Origin: Bdellovibrionales bacterium
GTDB taxonomy: Bacteria > Bdellovibrionota > Bdellovibrionia > Bdellovibrionales > JAGQZY01
Length of the DNA: 64,000 nt
NCBI GenBank assembly: GCA_964230645.1
Contig: CAXRHT010000002.1
Location: 1 to 64,000 of the forward strand
Reading direction: 5' to 3'
A program made the position numbers and the translations under genes. Of the stretch, positions 38,221 through 48,317 are shown in pieces. A model generated the notes under the pieces. That model saw only the letters and a program-made list of their open reading frames with translations, ran no database searches and had not been told where the DNA came from. The number at the start of each line of letters is the position of its first letter. The first letter of the stretch is position 1.

Positions 38221-39255
38221 ATGAAAACAATTTTAATAGCAGCACTCTTTTTTTTGAGTATTAATGCACAATCAGCTCTACCCAGTCATTACGCCGTTGT
38301 TGCCAATCGTGGTGAATCCACTATTTCGTTGATCGACTCACAAAGTCTAGAGGTCGTGAAGACCATCGGTGAAAAGAGTGTGGGTTACGAATTTGAACCC
38401 ATGTACGCCTCACATTTAAGTGGGACAGGGGTTTTTGTCGTTGGGGACCGAAAAGCTAGCCAACTTTTGATTTTCGATGACGAAAGTGGTGAGCTTTTAC
38501 TACTTCAGCCTCTTTCGAAAGGGGTTTTTCATCAGTGGACAAGACCTGGAGATAATGAGGTTGTGGTTGCTACTGACACTCAGCCAGGGGCCGATTTGAT
38601 TCGCATCACTCGTGGCGAAAATGGCGAGATCTCTTTAGAAAAACGTCGTTTCAACTTGCCCAGTAATCATGAAGGGTCAGTTCCTCATGATGTGGTATTA
38701 GATGATAGTCATTTTTACCTAACAGCTCACGCCCAAGATGCCTCTGGAAAGATGTTCGATAAAATTTTTAAAGTCGAACGTGAAACTTTAGAAGTTGAAG
38801 ATGTTATGGAGTTTTCTGCAGACGTTCATGTCGGTCTTCCTCAGAACTCCCCTTATTTGCTTGTGGCGGAACAATCAGGAGTTTTAAACTTCCTGACTCG
38901 AGACGATATGACGGTGGTCAAACGGGTGACAGATCTCACAGGTGCTCACGGTCTTTTTTGGAAAAGTGACGCGAGCACAGTTTATAGTGCGAATATTTCA
39001 AGTCGTGCTATGGGTGCTCTGTATGTCATCAATAACAAGCCCTTTGGTCCCGCAAATTTAGTTAATATTTTAGATTCAAGTTCAGACACTCCTCACAACC
39101 TTGTGGCTGATTTTGATAACAATGTTTTATTTCTCACCCATTCAGGGATGAACAATATTGTTTCCGTTTATGACATTTCTAACGGGGCAAAGCTAATGAA
39201 GTCCATAACCACCGGAGCCAACCCTTTTGGAATTGGAATAGTGCAGAGAAAGTAA
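38221..39255 (+). CDS. Secreted YVTN/YncE-like beta-propeller protein
   Basis: Signal peptide; VVANRGESTISLID, PHD, AHG, PHN, TGANPFGI blades. Confidence 0.75.
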   Translation: MKTILIAALFFLSINAQSALPSHYAVVANRGESTISLIDSQSLEVVKTIGEKSVGYEFEPMYASHLSGTGVFVVGDRKASQLLIFDDESGELLLLQPLSKGVFHQWTRPGDNEVVVATDTQPGADLIRITRGENGEISLEKRRFNLPSNHEGSVPHDVVLDDSHFYLTAHAQDASGKMFDKIFKVERETLEVEDVMEFSADVHVGLPQNSPYLLVAEQSGVLNFLTRDDMTVVKRVTDLTGAHGLFWKSDASTVYSANISSRAMGALYVINNKPFGPANLVNILDSSSDTPHNLVADFDNNVLFLTHSGMNNIVSVYDISNGAKLMKSITTGANPFGIGIVQRK

Positions 39256-39273
39256 AAATAAAAGCTGGAACAG

Positions 39274-39307
39274 AAAAAGGAATGGGTGCTGACCTATTCC
39301 TTTTTTT
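39274..39307. terminator. Bidirectional intrinsic terminator
   Basis: AAAAAGGAATGGG-loop-CCTATTCCTTTTTTT between convergent genes. Confidence 0.7.
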
Positions 39308-41027
39308 AATAGAGTCCCTCGCGAGCAAGAATCTTTAAGGCGTTGGTACTTTTTGATGGGCCTTCTTTGATTTTGTAGTCAAAAACCAGATCCTCTTCAT
39401 CCCACTTTTCACTAAAGTGATAATTATCAACGAGTGATTCGTTTTGCGCCAGTTGGGTGAGTTCAAGATCGTGGGTGGATATAAATCCACAAGCCTCAAG
39501 TCTAATGGTTGAGGTCAAATACTTTTGGTTTCCAATAAGTCGTTCTTTATTGTTGGTTCCTCTTAGTGGCTCATCAATGAGGAAAAAGACTTTTTTGTCC
39601 TCAGCCGTTTCAAGAATGGTTTTCATTCGTTTTACTTCCGCATAGAAATAAGACTGCCCATCACGAAGGGAGTCACTGACGCGAATACAAGTGACCATTT
39701 GGCGCGGCTGAAAATAAAAGTTTTTAGCAAAAACGGGAGCGCCGATTTGAGCCAGGCAAAAGTTAATTCCCACAGCCCGGAGAAAGGTGGACTTTCCACT
39801 CATATTGGAACCGGTGATAATAAAAACCTTTTTAGGTCCTGAATTAAAATCATTTTTAATAATCATGTCTTGATTGATTAAGGGGTGCGAGAGGTTTTCA
39901 AAAGAAATAAACTCCTCTTCTTTTTCCTCGGCCCAGGTGGTGTTGTGATAAATGTTGAGGTTTGCTAGGGACCCTAAAGCTTCAAGTTCGATGATCTCAG
40001 GGCTCCACTGGTTAAAGCTTTTTTCAAAACCTTTGCGGGCCTTTTCACAGCGCTCGGCTAGAAAAAAATCCCATGGGACAATAAGGTTTAAAAGGTAAAA
40101 TAAAATGGGATTTGTTTTCACACTCATTAGTGAGATGAGTTGATCCATTTTGGCCACATCTTGACTGACTTGTCCTTTTTTAAGGTGAGGGAAAAAACTG
40201 ACAACTGCTGCTAACCTTTCGATGCTAGCAATTTTTCCACTTAGCTCAGAGAAGTCCTGATGCAAATCCTGCATACGAGAAAAAATGGGTCCTGTGTGTT
40301 TCAAATAGGTGAGCATACTGGCTACATAAACAAAAAGACTGATCTTCCATAAAATTGCCGGAGTGGGAAGGAAGAGAAGGACCAGAGTGGCCACCCAACT
40401 AATAGGCACGACCCATTTCCAAGAGATGTTCTCCGGGAAAAAACTTCGGGAGACCTCTTTAGCAATACGAGCAAAGTCCACCCAGTGATTCACAGGGCGC
40501 AATTGGATTTTTCTTAAAAGGCCTGGAAAATGAGTGAGCTCCTGCATGCAAAGTTGTCTTTCCTGGCGAAGACTGGAAGGGGCTTTTTGGCAGAGCCACT
40601 CGTCAAGAAGCTGACCACCTTGAACTGATAAGCAGCGTTGTAATTGGGAGTAGACATAGTGCATGTCCAAGTCTCGCGCTAAATTGGGGTCGCTCATCTG
40701 CTCAACATTAATGGGCTGGACTAGAATTCCCTGTTGGAACTGTAGCTCCTGCACATAGAAAAGCCTTAAGGCCTCTAGCGAATTGTAAAAGGCCTGTTTT
40801 TTTCGCGATATTTTGAAGTAAACAATAAAAAGGGGAAGGAAGACTCCTAAAGCGATCCATTCGAGGTAAAAACCTTTTGCGATCTGTGAGAACACAAGAA
40901 GGAGGAAGACTCCAAGGCCCCAGAAAAGGCGCAGGCTCTGGGAGCGACTTAGGCTTTGTTGAGTGTGCTTTTGTTTGTCTTCAAGTCTGGTAATTCGGTT
41001 TGTGAGATTCATGTTGCTCTTGCTCAA
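39306..41027 (-). CDS. Membrane-anchored MutS domain V ATPase family protein
   Basis: TM helices; ITGSNMSGKSTFLR, DSLRDGQSYFYAE, DEPLRGTN, STHDLEL. Confidence 0.9.
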   Translation of the reverse strand: MSKSNMNLTNRITRLEDKQKHTQQSLSRSQSLRLFWGLGVFLLLVFSQIAKGFYLEWIALGVFLPLFIVYFKISRKKQAFYNSLEALRLFYVQELQFQQGILVQPINVEQMSDPNLARDLDMHYVYSQLQRCLSVQGGQLLDEWLCQKAPSSLRQERQLCMQELTHFPGLLRKIQLRPVNHWVDFARIAKEVSRSFFPENISWKWVVPISWVATLVLLFLPTPAILWKISLFVYVASMLTYLKHTGPIFSRMQDLHQDFSELSGKIASIERLAAVVSFFPHLKKGQVSQDVAKMDQLISLMSVKTNPILFYLLNLIVPWDFFLAERCEKARKGFEKSFNQWSPEIIELEALGSLANLNIYHNTTWAEEKEEEFISFENLSHPLINQDMIIKNDFNSGPKKVFIITGSNMSGKSTFLRAVGINFCLAQIGAPVFAKNFYFQPRQMVTCIRVSDSLRDGQSYFYAEVKRMKTILETAEDKKVFFLIDEPLRGTNNKERLIGNQKYLTSTIRLEACGFISTHDLELTQLAQNESLVDNYHFSEKWDEEDLVFDYKIKEGPSKSTNALKILAREGLY

Positions 41028-41155
41028 ATTATGGTCATCGTTGGACCTATTAAAGGGGTCTTATGCTCCCTTTATCATTGCAATTTTTGGTGGGAATGAA
41101 AAGCCTGTGCTCTTACATTGCTTTTATGACTCAGTGCTGTTAAATCTTCGGGATT

Positions 41156-42757
41156 ATGGAAAAACTCAGTGATAAAGAAGAAATACTAAGGCGCAGAACC
41201 TTTGCGATCATATCTCACCCCGATGCTGGTAAAACCACGATCACTGAGAAGTTGATATATATTGGTGGCGTTATTCACGAAGCTGGTGAGGTTAAGGGAA
41301 AGCAGGGGAAAAAAGCGGCCACCTCCGACTGGATGACCATGGAACAAGAGCGTGGGATTTCTGTCACCTCGAGTGTGTTGCAATTTGACCACAAAGGGCA
41401 AAGGGTCAATCTTCTCGATACCCCTGGGCACAAAGACTTCAGTGAAGACACCTATAGAACCCTCATCGCTGCTGATACAGCTCTTATGCTTATTGATGTG
41501 GCAAAAGGCGTGGAGGAGAGAACGAAAAAACTCTATGAGGTGTGTAATTTTAGAAAGGTCCCCATTTTTACCTTTATCAATAAGTGTGACCGTGAAGGGA
41601 AAGTCCCTTTAGAATTGATCGACGAGATCGAGAGCACGCTGAAAATGAAATGCTATCCCGTCAACTGGCCACTCGGTGTGGGTGGACTTTTTCGTGGAAT
41701 TTACGACCGTCTCAAGAAAAAAGTGATTCTTTTTAATAAGGAAACTGGAGAGGAAACCCATATTCCCGTGGATTCATTAGATGATCCTCGCTGGAAAGAA
41801 TGGATTCATCACGATATTTTAGACTCTGTGCTTGAGGAGATTGAGCTGATTGAGCTGGATTCTGAGGAATTTTCTACGGAAAAATTTATGAAAGGTGAAC
41901 TCTCCCCAGCTTTTTGGGGCAGTGCTAAGATGAATTTTGGAGTGGATCAGTTTCTTGACTATTTCACTCAGTGGGCGCCCAGTCCCACGCCCCGAAAAAC
42001 AGAAGAAGGGGAGGTGAATCCCCTTGATAAAGATTTCTCGGGCTTTATTTTTAAAATTCAAGCCAATATGGACCGCAAACACCGTGATCGTATGGCTTTT
42101 TTAAGAGTGTGCTCTGGTAAGTTTCATCGCGGCATGAAGGTTAAGCATGCTAGACTTAATCGTGAAATTAGACTTTCGCACTCCTCGCAGTTCCTGGCAA
42201 AAGACCGTGAAACCGTAGAAGATGCTTTTGCCGGAGATATTGTGGGCGTGAGTGATCCGGGGCTTTTCCGAATTGGTGACACGCTCACAGGTGGTAAAAA
42301 AATTAAATTTGAAAAGATTCCGCAATTCTCGCCTGAGCTCTTCACCCGAATCCACGTTAGTGACGCGATGAAAAGACAAAAGCTTCAAAAAGCACTTAAG
42401 GAACTTTCCGAAGAAGGGGTCATACAACTTTTTATTGATCCTGCCATTGGTTCCCAAGATCCTGTGATAGGGGTTGTGGGAGAGCTGCAGTTTGAAGTTT
42501 TAAAATACCGCTTGCAAGATGAATACAATCTAGAAACTCGTCTGGACCGTGCCCCATACACTGTCGCCCGTTGGCCCCGTTATGAAGATGGCTCCTCAGC
42601 CTATGAGATCAGTGGGGCCACTGTCGTGTTTCGCGATAAAGATGATAGACCTGTTGTTCTTCTTTCGAGCGAGTGGGATATCAATTGGCTTCAAAAAGAA
42701 AATGAAAAAGTTCATTTCGGTTCCCCATTCTCTGAAGGGGTGGATAAATGGATGTAA
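41156..42757 (+). CDS. prfC: Peptide chain release factor 3
   Basis: RRTFAIISHPDAGKTT, LLDTPGHKDFSEDTYR, FKIQANMD..HRDR. Confidence 0.97.
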   Translation: MEKLSDKEEILRRRTFAIISHPDAGKTTITEKLIYIGGVIHEAGEVKGKQGKKAATSDWMTMEQERGISVTSSVLQFDHKGQRVNLLDTPGHKDFSEDTYRTLIAADTALMLIDVAKGVEERTKKLYEVCNFRKVPIFTFINKCDREGKVPLELIDEIESTLKMKCYPVNWPLGVGGLFRGIYDRLKKKVILFNKETGEETHIPVDSLDDPRWKEWIHHDILDSVLEEIELIELDSEEFSTEKFMKGELSPAFWGSAKMNFGVDQFLDYFTQWAPSPTPRKTEEGEVNPLDKDFSGFIFKIQANMDRKHRDRMAFLRVCSGKFHRGMKVKHARLNREIRLSHSSQFLAKDRETVEDAFAGDIVGVSDPGLFRIGDTLTGGKKIKFEKIPQFSPELFTRIHVSDAMKRQKLQKALKELSEEGVIQLFIDPAIGSQDPVIGVVGELQFEVLKYRLQDEYNLETRLDRAPYTVARWPRYEDGSSAYEISGATVVFRDKDDRPVVLLSSEWDINWLQKENEKVHFGSPFSEGVDKWM

Positions 42758-43665
42758 ACGAGTCTCCCTTAAAAATCGACTCCATGGTAAAGCGTTATGG
42801 TAGTTTTACGGCCGTCGACAATGTGAGCTTTGCCATGAAGCCCGGTGAGATTTTTGGTCTTCTAGGTCCCAATGGGGCGGGTAAGACCTCCATCATATCC
42901 TGCATCGTTACTTTGCAAGAGCCCGATGAAGGTCACTGCACAATCTTTGGTAAAAACCCGCAGGAAGACACCTTGGAAGCAAAAATGCTTACCGGTTACG
43001 TTCCTCAAGAGATTATCAACCACGGTTACTTCACTGTCGAAGAGATCCTTGTTTTTCATTCTGGATTTTTTAGAACTTGGTACAACAAAGAAAAAATCCA
43101 CTATCTTCTTCACCGCTTAGGACTCTGGGATCACCGCAATAAAAGAGTGAAGGCCCTTAGCGGAGGGATGAAAAGACGCCTATTAATCGCAAAGGCCCTT
43201 GTCCACGATCCTAAATTGTTGCTGCTTGATGAGCCCACGGCAGGGGTGGATATAGAACTGCGCGCTTCTTTGTGGGATTTCGTTCAAGAACTCAAAGAAG
43301 AGGGGCTTTCTGTTTTGTTAACCACCCATTACTTGGAAGAGGCCGAAGAGTTATGCGACCGTGTGGGCGTTCTTCAAAATGGCGTGTTACGTAAAGTGGG
43401 ACCGACCAATGAACTGATTGAAGAACTCACTGAGAGAAGAGTGAGTCTTTATTTTAAATCGGATCAATTGAGCGAAGTTCAGTCGCCTTATCTTGATAGT
43501 AAACAGGGCAATCGCTTGGATTTTTTAATTCCTCAACAATTAGGTATTGGAGAGCTCCTCACTCAGATTCAAACAGATCAATCAGACCTAGTGGATATTC
43601 GCATCACCGAAGGAAAACTCGAAGAGGCCTTTGTTCGCATTCTCGGAGAGGGGCGTAAAGAATGA
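42748..43665 (+). CDS. ABC-2 transporter ATP-binding protein (YadG-like)
   Basis: GPNGAGKT, LSGGMKRR, LDEPTAGVDIELR. Confidence 0.92.
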   Translation: MDVNESPLKIDSMVKRYGSFTAVDNVSFAMKPGEIFGLLGPNGAGKTSIISCIVTLQEPDEGHCTIFGKNPQEDTLEAKMLTGYVPQEIINHGYFTVEEILVFHSGFFRTWYNKEKIHYLLHRLGLWDHRNKRVKALSGGMKRRLLIAKALVHDPKLLLLDEPTAGVDIELRASLWDFVQELKEEGLSVLLTTHYLEEAEELCDRVGVLQNGVLRKVGPTNELIEELTERRVSLYFKSDQLSEVQSPYLDSKQGNRLDFLIPQQLGIGELLTQIQTDQSDLVDIRITEGKLEEAFVRILGEGRKE

Positions 43666-44456
43666 ACAATATCCCTTTACGTATGCGTCCCTTTTTTACC
43701 CTTTATTACCGTGAGATTAGGCGATTTGTGAAAGTCATTGTGCAAACGGTATTTGCACCCATAATGAGTACCACTCTTTATTTGCTTATATTTGGTGTTT
43801 CCTTAGGAAGTAAAATTGATACAGAGGGCGGGGTAACTTATCTGGCCTTTTTGATTCCCGGACTTATTATGATGTCGGTCCTTAACAACTCTTATCAGAA
43901 CACATCAAGCTCAGTGGTTTCTGGAAAATTTGGCGGGGACCTTGAAGACTGGAGAGTGGTTCCCCTAAGTCCTCAGTCTATTTTATGGGCTCTAGCCCTC
44001 GGTGGGCTCACTCGTGGAATTGTGGTTGGTATTATCACACTATTGGTCGGAGAGGTGTTCTACTACATTATGAATGATGCACTTCTAATCCCAGAGAATA
44101 TTTTCTTACTTTTGGTGTTTTTAACTCTTGGAGGCCTCAGTTTTGCCATGTTTGGTATTATTGTGGCTTTCTGGGCGAAAACCTTTGATCACGTCAGTGC
44201 TGTGAGCTCTTTTGTGATTCAGCCCTTAATTTATTTGGGAGGCGTTTTCTTTTCTCTACAAGGGCTTCATCCTTTCTGGCAGACCCTTTCAAAAGTGAAT
44301 CCTCTTCTTTATGTTATTAATGGAGTAAGACTCGGGATGCTCGGACAGGCCGACGTTTCGCTCTCTGTCTGTTTTACGGTTTCCCTTGTAGCATTGATGG
44401 TTTGCTACTTTCTAGCGATGAGAGTGCTGAAAAAAGCCAATTACGCTCGCTGGTAA
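43662..44456 (+). CDS. ABC-2 permease (YadH-like)
   Basis: REIRRF, FLIPGLIMM, PLIYLGGVFF, NPLLYVING. Confidence 0.9.
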   Translation: MNNIPLRMRPFFTLYYREIRRFVKVIVQTVFAPIMSTTLYLLIFGVSLGSKIDTEGGVTYLAFLIPGLIMMSVLNNSYQNTSSSVVSGKFGGDLEDWRVVPLSPQSILWALALGGLTRGIVVGIITLLVGEVFYYIMNDALLIPENIFLLLVFLTLGGLSFAMFGIIVAFWAKTFDHVSAVSSFVIQPLIYLGGVFFSLQGLHPFWQTLSKVNPLLYVINGVRLGMLGQADVSLSVCFTVSLVALMVCYFLAMRVLKKANYARW

Positions 44457-44524
44457 AGCGACGCAATAAAAATTATTGAAAAAGCGGTCCTTGCCTTTAA
44501 TGAGGGATGTCCCTATAAAGACTT

Positions 44525-45748
44525 ATGCTTAAGGACACTCGTTCACTTTCTCGCCAAGAATTTGTACCTCTCATGGCGCTTATGACCTCTCTGATCGCTC
44601 TTTCTATTGATGCCATGTTGCCGGCTTTTCCAGCTATTGAGTCAGCCTTTGCGGTTTCCTCGAAAGAAAATCTTCAAATGATTATAGCGATTCTTTTCCT
44701 AGGTTTTGGTTTTGGGCAGTTAGTTTTTGGTCCTCTTTCCGATGTTTTCGGCAGAAAACCTCCGATCTACTGGGGTATTGCTATTTTTATCTTCGGCTCC
44801 GCTCTTTCTGGCTTTGCCAATTCTTTTGAGCTCTTTATTCTCGGAAGATTCCTACAAGGATTTGGCGGGGCCTCTCCCAGAATCATTTCTCTAGCACTAA
44901 TCCGTGATGAGTACTCCGGTGATTCGATGGCACAGATCACCTCTCTTGTGATGAGCATTTTCATTTTTGTTCCCGCTGTGGCACCCACTCTTGGTCAAGG
45001 GGTTCTTTATTTCTATACTTGGCGAGAGATCTTTATCGTGCTGGCCGTTACAGCCAGTCTTGTCTGGTTGTGGTTCGGGATGAGGCAACCAGAGACTTTG
45101 CTCCCCGTGAAAAGAAAAAGGCTTTCTCGAAGTGATCTTCTATTTGGAATGCGCGAGACCTTTCGTCAAAAGACAACACGGACCTGTATGCTAGTCTCAG
45201 GATTGGTGTTTGGAATTTTTGTGGGCTATCTGGGAGCTGTGCAATCGCTGTTTGAAGAGCTTTTCGATGTGCGAGAAACCTTTCCTCTTTACTTCGGAAT
45301 GTTGGCTCTTTGCATCGGTAGTGCTACCTTTTTTAACTCTCGCTTGGTCATGGCGCTAGGAATGAGAAAACTGATTCTTATTGCTTTTACCTTTATGACC
45401 GTGATTGGAAACCTGTTTGCAGGCTACTTGGTATTTTTTGCTCAGAACGCTCCGCCACTTTGGATGTTCATGGCCTATATGATGATGACTTTTTTCTCAG
45501 TGGGCTTTTTGTTTGGAAACCTCAATGCTCTGGCGATGACTCCATTAGGACACGTGGCCGGAATGGCCTCAGCCCTTTTAGGTTTTGTACAGAGTACCTT
45601 CTCTTCCATCATTGGAATATTCTTGGGCCGTTTTTTTCAAGAAAGTATTACGCCCTTGGTGTTGAGCTTTGCCTTGATAAGCCTTGTCAGTTTATTTTTG
45701 ATGTTAGAGGAGAGGCACTTTTTCAACCGACAATTGGAATCGACTTAA
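44525..45748 (+). CDS. Bcr/CflA-family MFS efflux transporter
   Basis: ALSIDAMLPA, GPLSDVFGRKP, GRFLQG. Confidence 0.9.
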   Translation: MLKDTRSLSRQEFVPLMALMTSLIALSIDAMLPAFPAIESAFAVSSKENLQMIIAILFLGFGFGQLVFGPLSDVFGRKPPIYWGIAIFIFGSALSGFANSFELFILGRFLQGFGGASPRIISLALIRDEYSGDSMAQITSLVMSIFIFVPAVAPTLGQGVLYFYTWREIFIVLAVTASLVWLWFGMRQPETLLPVKRKRLSRSDLLFGMRETFRQKTTRTCMLVSGLVFGIFVGYLGAVQSLFEELFDVRETFPLYFGMLALCIGSATFFNSRLVMALGMRKLILIAFTFMTVIGNLFAGYLVFFAQNAPPLWMFMAYMMMTFFSVGFLFGNLNALAMTPLGHVAGMASALLGFVQSTFSSIIGIFLGRFFQESITPLVLSFALISLVSLFLMLEERHFFNRQLEST

Positions 45749-45764
45749 GACTAAAAATGCTTGA

Positions 45765-46940
45765 TTAAGAGGAGAGGTCGGGTTCTTTCCCCGGTTCCCG
45801 ACGGATATTCCACTGCAAAAGAGCTAGAGGGTAGAGCACCAAAAAAGGCCAAACTTTCACAGAGTAAACGTCCAGGTGCGACTGCTTGATTGAGCGAAAA
45901 AGATCAGAGTACATTAAAGAAACACAAGTCATGGTAAACACAATCAAGCCCCAACGTAATCTTTGATTTTTAATAAGGCTCTGATGAATTCCAAAGGCGG
46001 CCATGGCAATAATAAATGTGGATGATTCTGATTTGTGATTAAAAACAATTAGAAAGTAGCAAAGACTTACCAGTCCCATCAGACGCGTGTTTTGGTTTCC
46101 TTTCCTGAAAAACAAAAGAGAAAGCATTAAGCTTAGTCCTCCAAAAATCTGCCAAGGGAGGCGGTTAAACTCCATGCCAGTAAAGCCATGCACAACACCC
46201 ATTAGGGAGAAGCCATAAGAGGCGGCCGCGTCCATAGAAAGTAGTCTTTGCCATTCTTGATACTGAAACATCAGTGGATCCCAGCCAATAAAAAAGGCGG
46301 GGAGGAAACTGAAAAATAAGACAAGCAAAACGAGCTTGAATAGAGGAAGGTTCTCAAGGGAGAGCTTTTTTTCTTCTGGTTTAGCTTTGAGAGGATTGTA
46401 AAGATAAAAAACTCCTAAACACAGTCCTAAGCCTCCAAAGATTTTAATAAAGGCACTTGTTGTTAACGAGAGCATCGACTTCCACTGCTGGCCGTTTTCT
46501 AAATAACAAAAACTAAGAATCAAAAGAGCGATCACATGAATATTACTTTGGAACCCCTGAGTGGAGCCGATAAATTCTGGTAAGCTAATCCAAAAGATTC
46601 CTTTTTTTGCCGAAATGGGAAGGGGTAGTTTTTTTAGAGCAAAGATAAATAAAATAGCCCCAAGAAGATTCCAAAGAACGGCCCCCAACCAAGCCGGGAG
46701 TACAGCCAATGGAGCCATTAAAAGAGCAAAGGCTGGAGAGTATTTAAAGAGGTCATTTTGATCCTCAGGGTAGAGAACATAGAGACTTCCACCTTCAAAA
46801 AGATGAAAAAACGAGGATCTGAAAATCAACCAATTGTTCATATGAGCAAAAAGAGCCGTGTATAGAGAAAGGCCGGCTGAAAGCACAAGCAGAAAAACCA
46901 TATGCTTATAGGGAAGATGACTTTTAAGTGCCTGAATCAT
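45765..46940 (-). CDS. GT87/DUF2029 polytopic glycosyltransferase
   Basis: NNWLIF, DLFKYSPAFALL, QSN, IKIFG, FNHKSES; start moved to ATG 46940. Confidence 0.8.
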   Translation of the reverse strand: MIQALKSHLPYKHMVFLLVLSAGLSLYTALFAHMNNWLIFRSSFFHLFEGGSLYVLYPEDQNDLFKYSPAFALLMAPLAVLPAWLGAVLWNLLGAILFIFALKKLPLPISAKKGIFWISLPEFIGSTQGFQSNIHVIALLILSFCYLENGQQWKSMLSLTTSAFIKIFGGLGLCLGVFYLYNPLKAKPEEKKLSLENLPLFKLVLLVLFFSFLPAFFIGWDPLMFQYQEWQRLLSMDAAASYGFSLMGVVHGFTGMEFNRLPWQIFGGLSLMLSLLFFRKGNQNTRLMGLVSLCYFLIVFNHKSESSTFIIAMAAFGIHQSLIKNQRLRWGLIVFTMTCVSLMYSDLFRSIKQSHLDVYSVKVWPFLVLYPLALLQWNIRREPGKEPDLSS

Positions 46941-47018
46941 GATCGCTGCCTTTCTATGCCTCTTATTTATATTGGGGTTAGTAACTAAAAGCAATGATAC
47001 CAGCTCTAAGGTAAATAT

Positions 47019-47049
47019 ATGTCGTCCTGAGGCGAATCCGAAGGACCTT
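47019..47049 (+). repeat. Solo degenerate arm of the REP-like element at 62.3 kb
   Basis: ATGTCGTCCTGAGGCGAATCCGAAGGACCTT versus ATGTCGTCCTGAGCGTAGCGAAGGACCTT. Confidence 0.65.
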
Positions 47050-47174
47050 TCGGAGTTCGATCCAATCTCCAAGTAAAAGAAGTGAAAACCAAATAGCCAA
47101 CACTGAATTTTTTACGAGCCGGGTGCCAAGGCTAGAGCAAATCGGATAAAACCCATCTACACCCCGGAGTAAAA

Positions 47175-48317
47175 GTGTTCCCTGCTGTCAGAGTTCAAAT
47201 TCTTATGGTTTTCCTATTAGCCTTGCCGCTAAAATCTTGGTCCCAAGCTCTGCAATGCACCCAAATTTTTAGGCCCTCGAATAACTTGGCTGAATTTTCA
47301 TATTCGTCCCTGCAGGAAAGAGCGAAATCAGGAAAAAGAGCCGTAAGGCGTGGCGAGTGGCGAGTGAAGGACCAAGATTTTTTTAGACGGCTTGAAGAAC
47401 TTAAGTCCGCTGATCTTAGAGCTTTGCCGTTAATAAGTCGCATTCAACTTCTCAATGTTCTGGCTCAATGGAATTTGTTGGTTGGCCCCGATTTTACGCA
47501 GAGACTGGAGGAGTCGTTACAGCCTCTGAGTCAGTGGAAAGCCAAGCATTATCTGCATTTTGGTCTGTTTAGAAAAATAAGTCCCCAAGAGTTTAGTCCC
47601 GAGTTTATCAATGCTTACCGTAAACAAGTTTTTTCTCAATTTTCCTCATGGAATGTGAATACTCAGCTTGAAGTCCTGGGGGGCGAGATTCTTCAAGGAG
47701 CTATTTGGTCACAGAGGCAAACTTTAGAATTACTAGGGACGGTATCTGAGAGTTTAAGAAATCAAAATGATCCCCTTCGCATCAAGCCCTTAAAAGAGTT
47801 TTACCGAGCTCTCAGTTATCTAAGGGCCACACAGCCTACTTTCTTTTTTGAGGCTATGGTCGACCTTGAGTCTCTCCTTGAGGTGCAACTTAGAAGACTT
47901 GGTCTCAGTCTTGAAGAAGGTGGCACAAGTGGAGCGAACAATCCCCATCGGCCGCTGGGGGAGAGTTTTTATAATTTAATTGCTAAGATTGATGGGATTT
48001 ATCCTAATCAAGAAAAGGTTTTTGAATATATGAATCCTGACCACTTAGGCTTTTTTGATCCTGTGGATCTTTTTTACCCAGAAATAGGTTTGGTGGTTGA
48101 GTGGGATGGCCCGGTTCATTACTTCAGAGAAGGTCTTGATTCAGACATTCTCTCACCGAGCCAATACACCCTGCGTCCTTTAGATCGCGCTAAAGATGAG
48201 ATTCTCAGGAGAATGGGGATTTCGGTGTTGCGCTGGGGAAGACAGCACAACTCACTTTTAAAAGATCTACAAGTCGATGACTTGATCTCCAGTCAAAATC
48301 AAGGCTGGTGGAATTAG
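47175..48317 (+). CDS. Secreted protein with 37-38 aa helical repeats and C-terminal RAP/DUF559-like nuclease-fold domain
   Basis: Signal-like N-terminus; DFFRRLEE/DFTQRLEE/EFINAYRK at residues 68/106/143; VDLFYPEIGLVVEWDGPVHY...KDEILRRMGISVLR. Confidence 0.7.
   Translation: MFPAVRVQILMVFLLALPLKSWSQALQCTQIFRPSNNLAEFSYSSLQERAKSGKRAVRRGEWRVKDQDFFRRLEELKSADLRALPLISRIQLLNVLAQWNLLVGPDFTQRLEESLQPLSQWKAKHYLHFGLFRKISPQEFSPEFINAYRKQVFSQFSSWNVNTQLEVLGGEILQGAIWSQRQTLELLGTVSESLRNQNDPLRIKPLKEFYRALSYLRATQPTFFFEAMVDLESLLEVQLRRLGLSLEEGGTSGANNPHRPLGESFYNLIAKIDGIYPNQEKVFEYMNPDHLGFFDPVDLFYPEIGLVVEWDGPVHYFREGLDSDILSPSQYTLRPLDRAKDEILRRMGISVLRWGRQHNSLLKDLQVDDLISSQNQGWWN

Noticed and set aside
47020..47080. SRP RNA (ffs) near ffh
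   Set aside because: Lacks the domain IV GGAA tetraloop/AGCAG motif; explained by the REP-like arm
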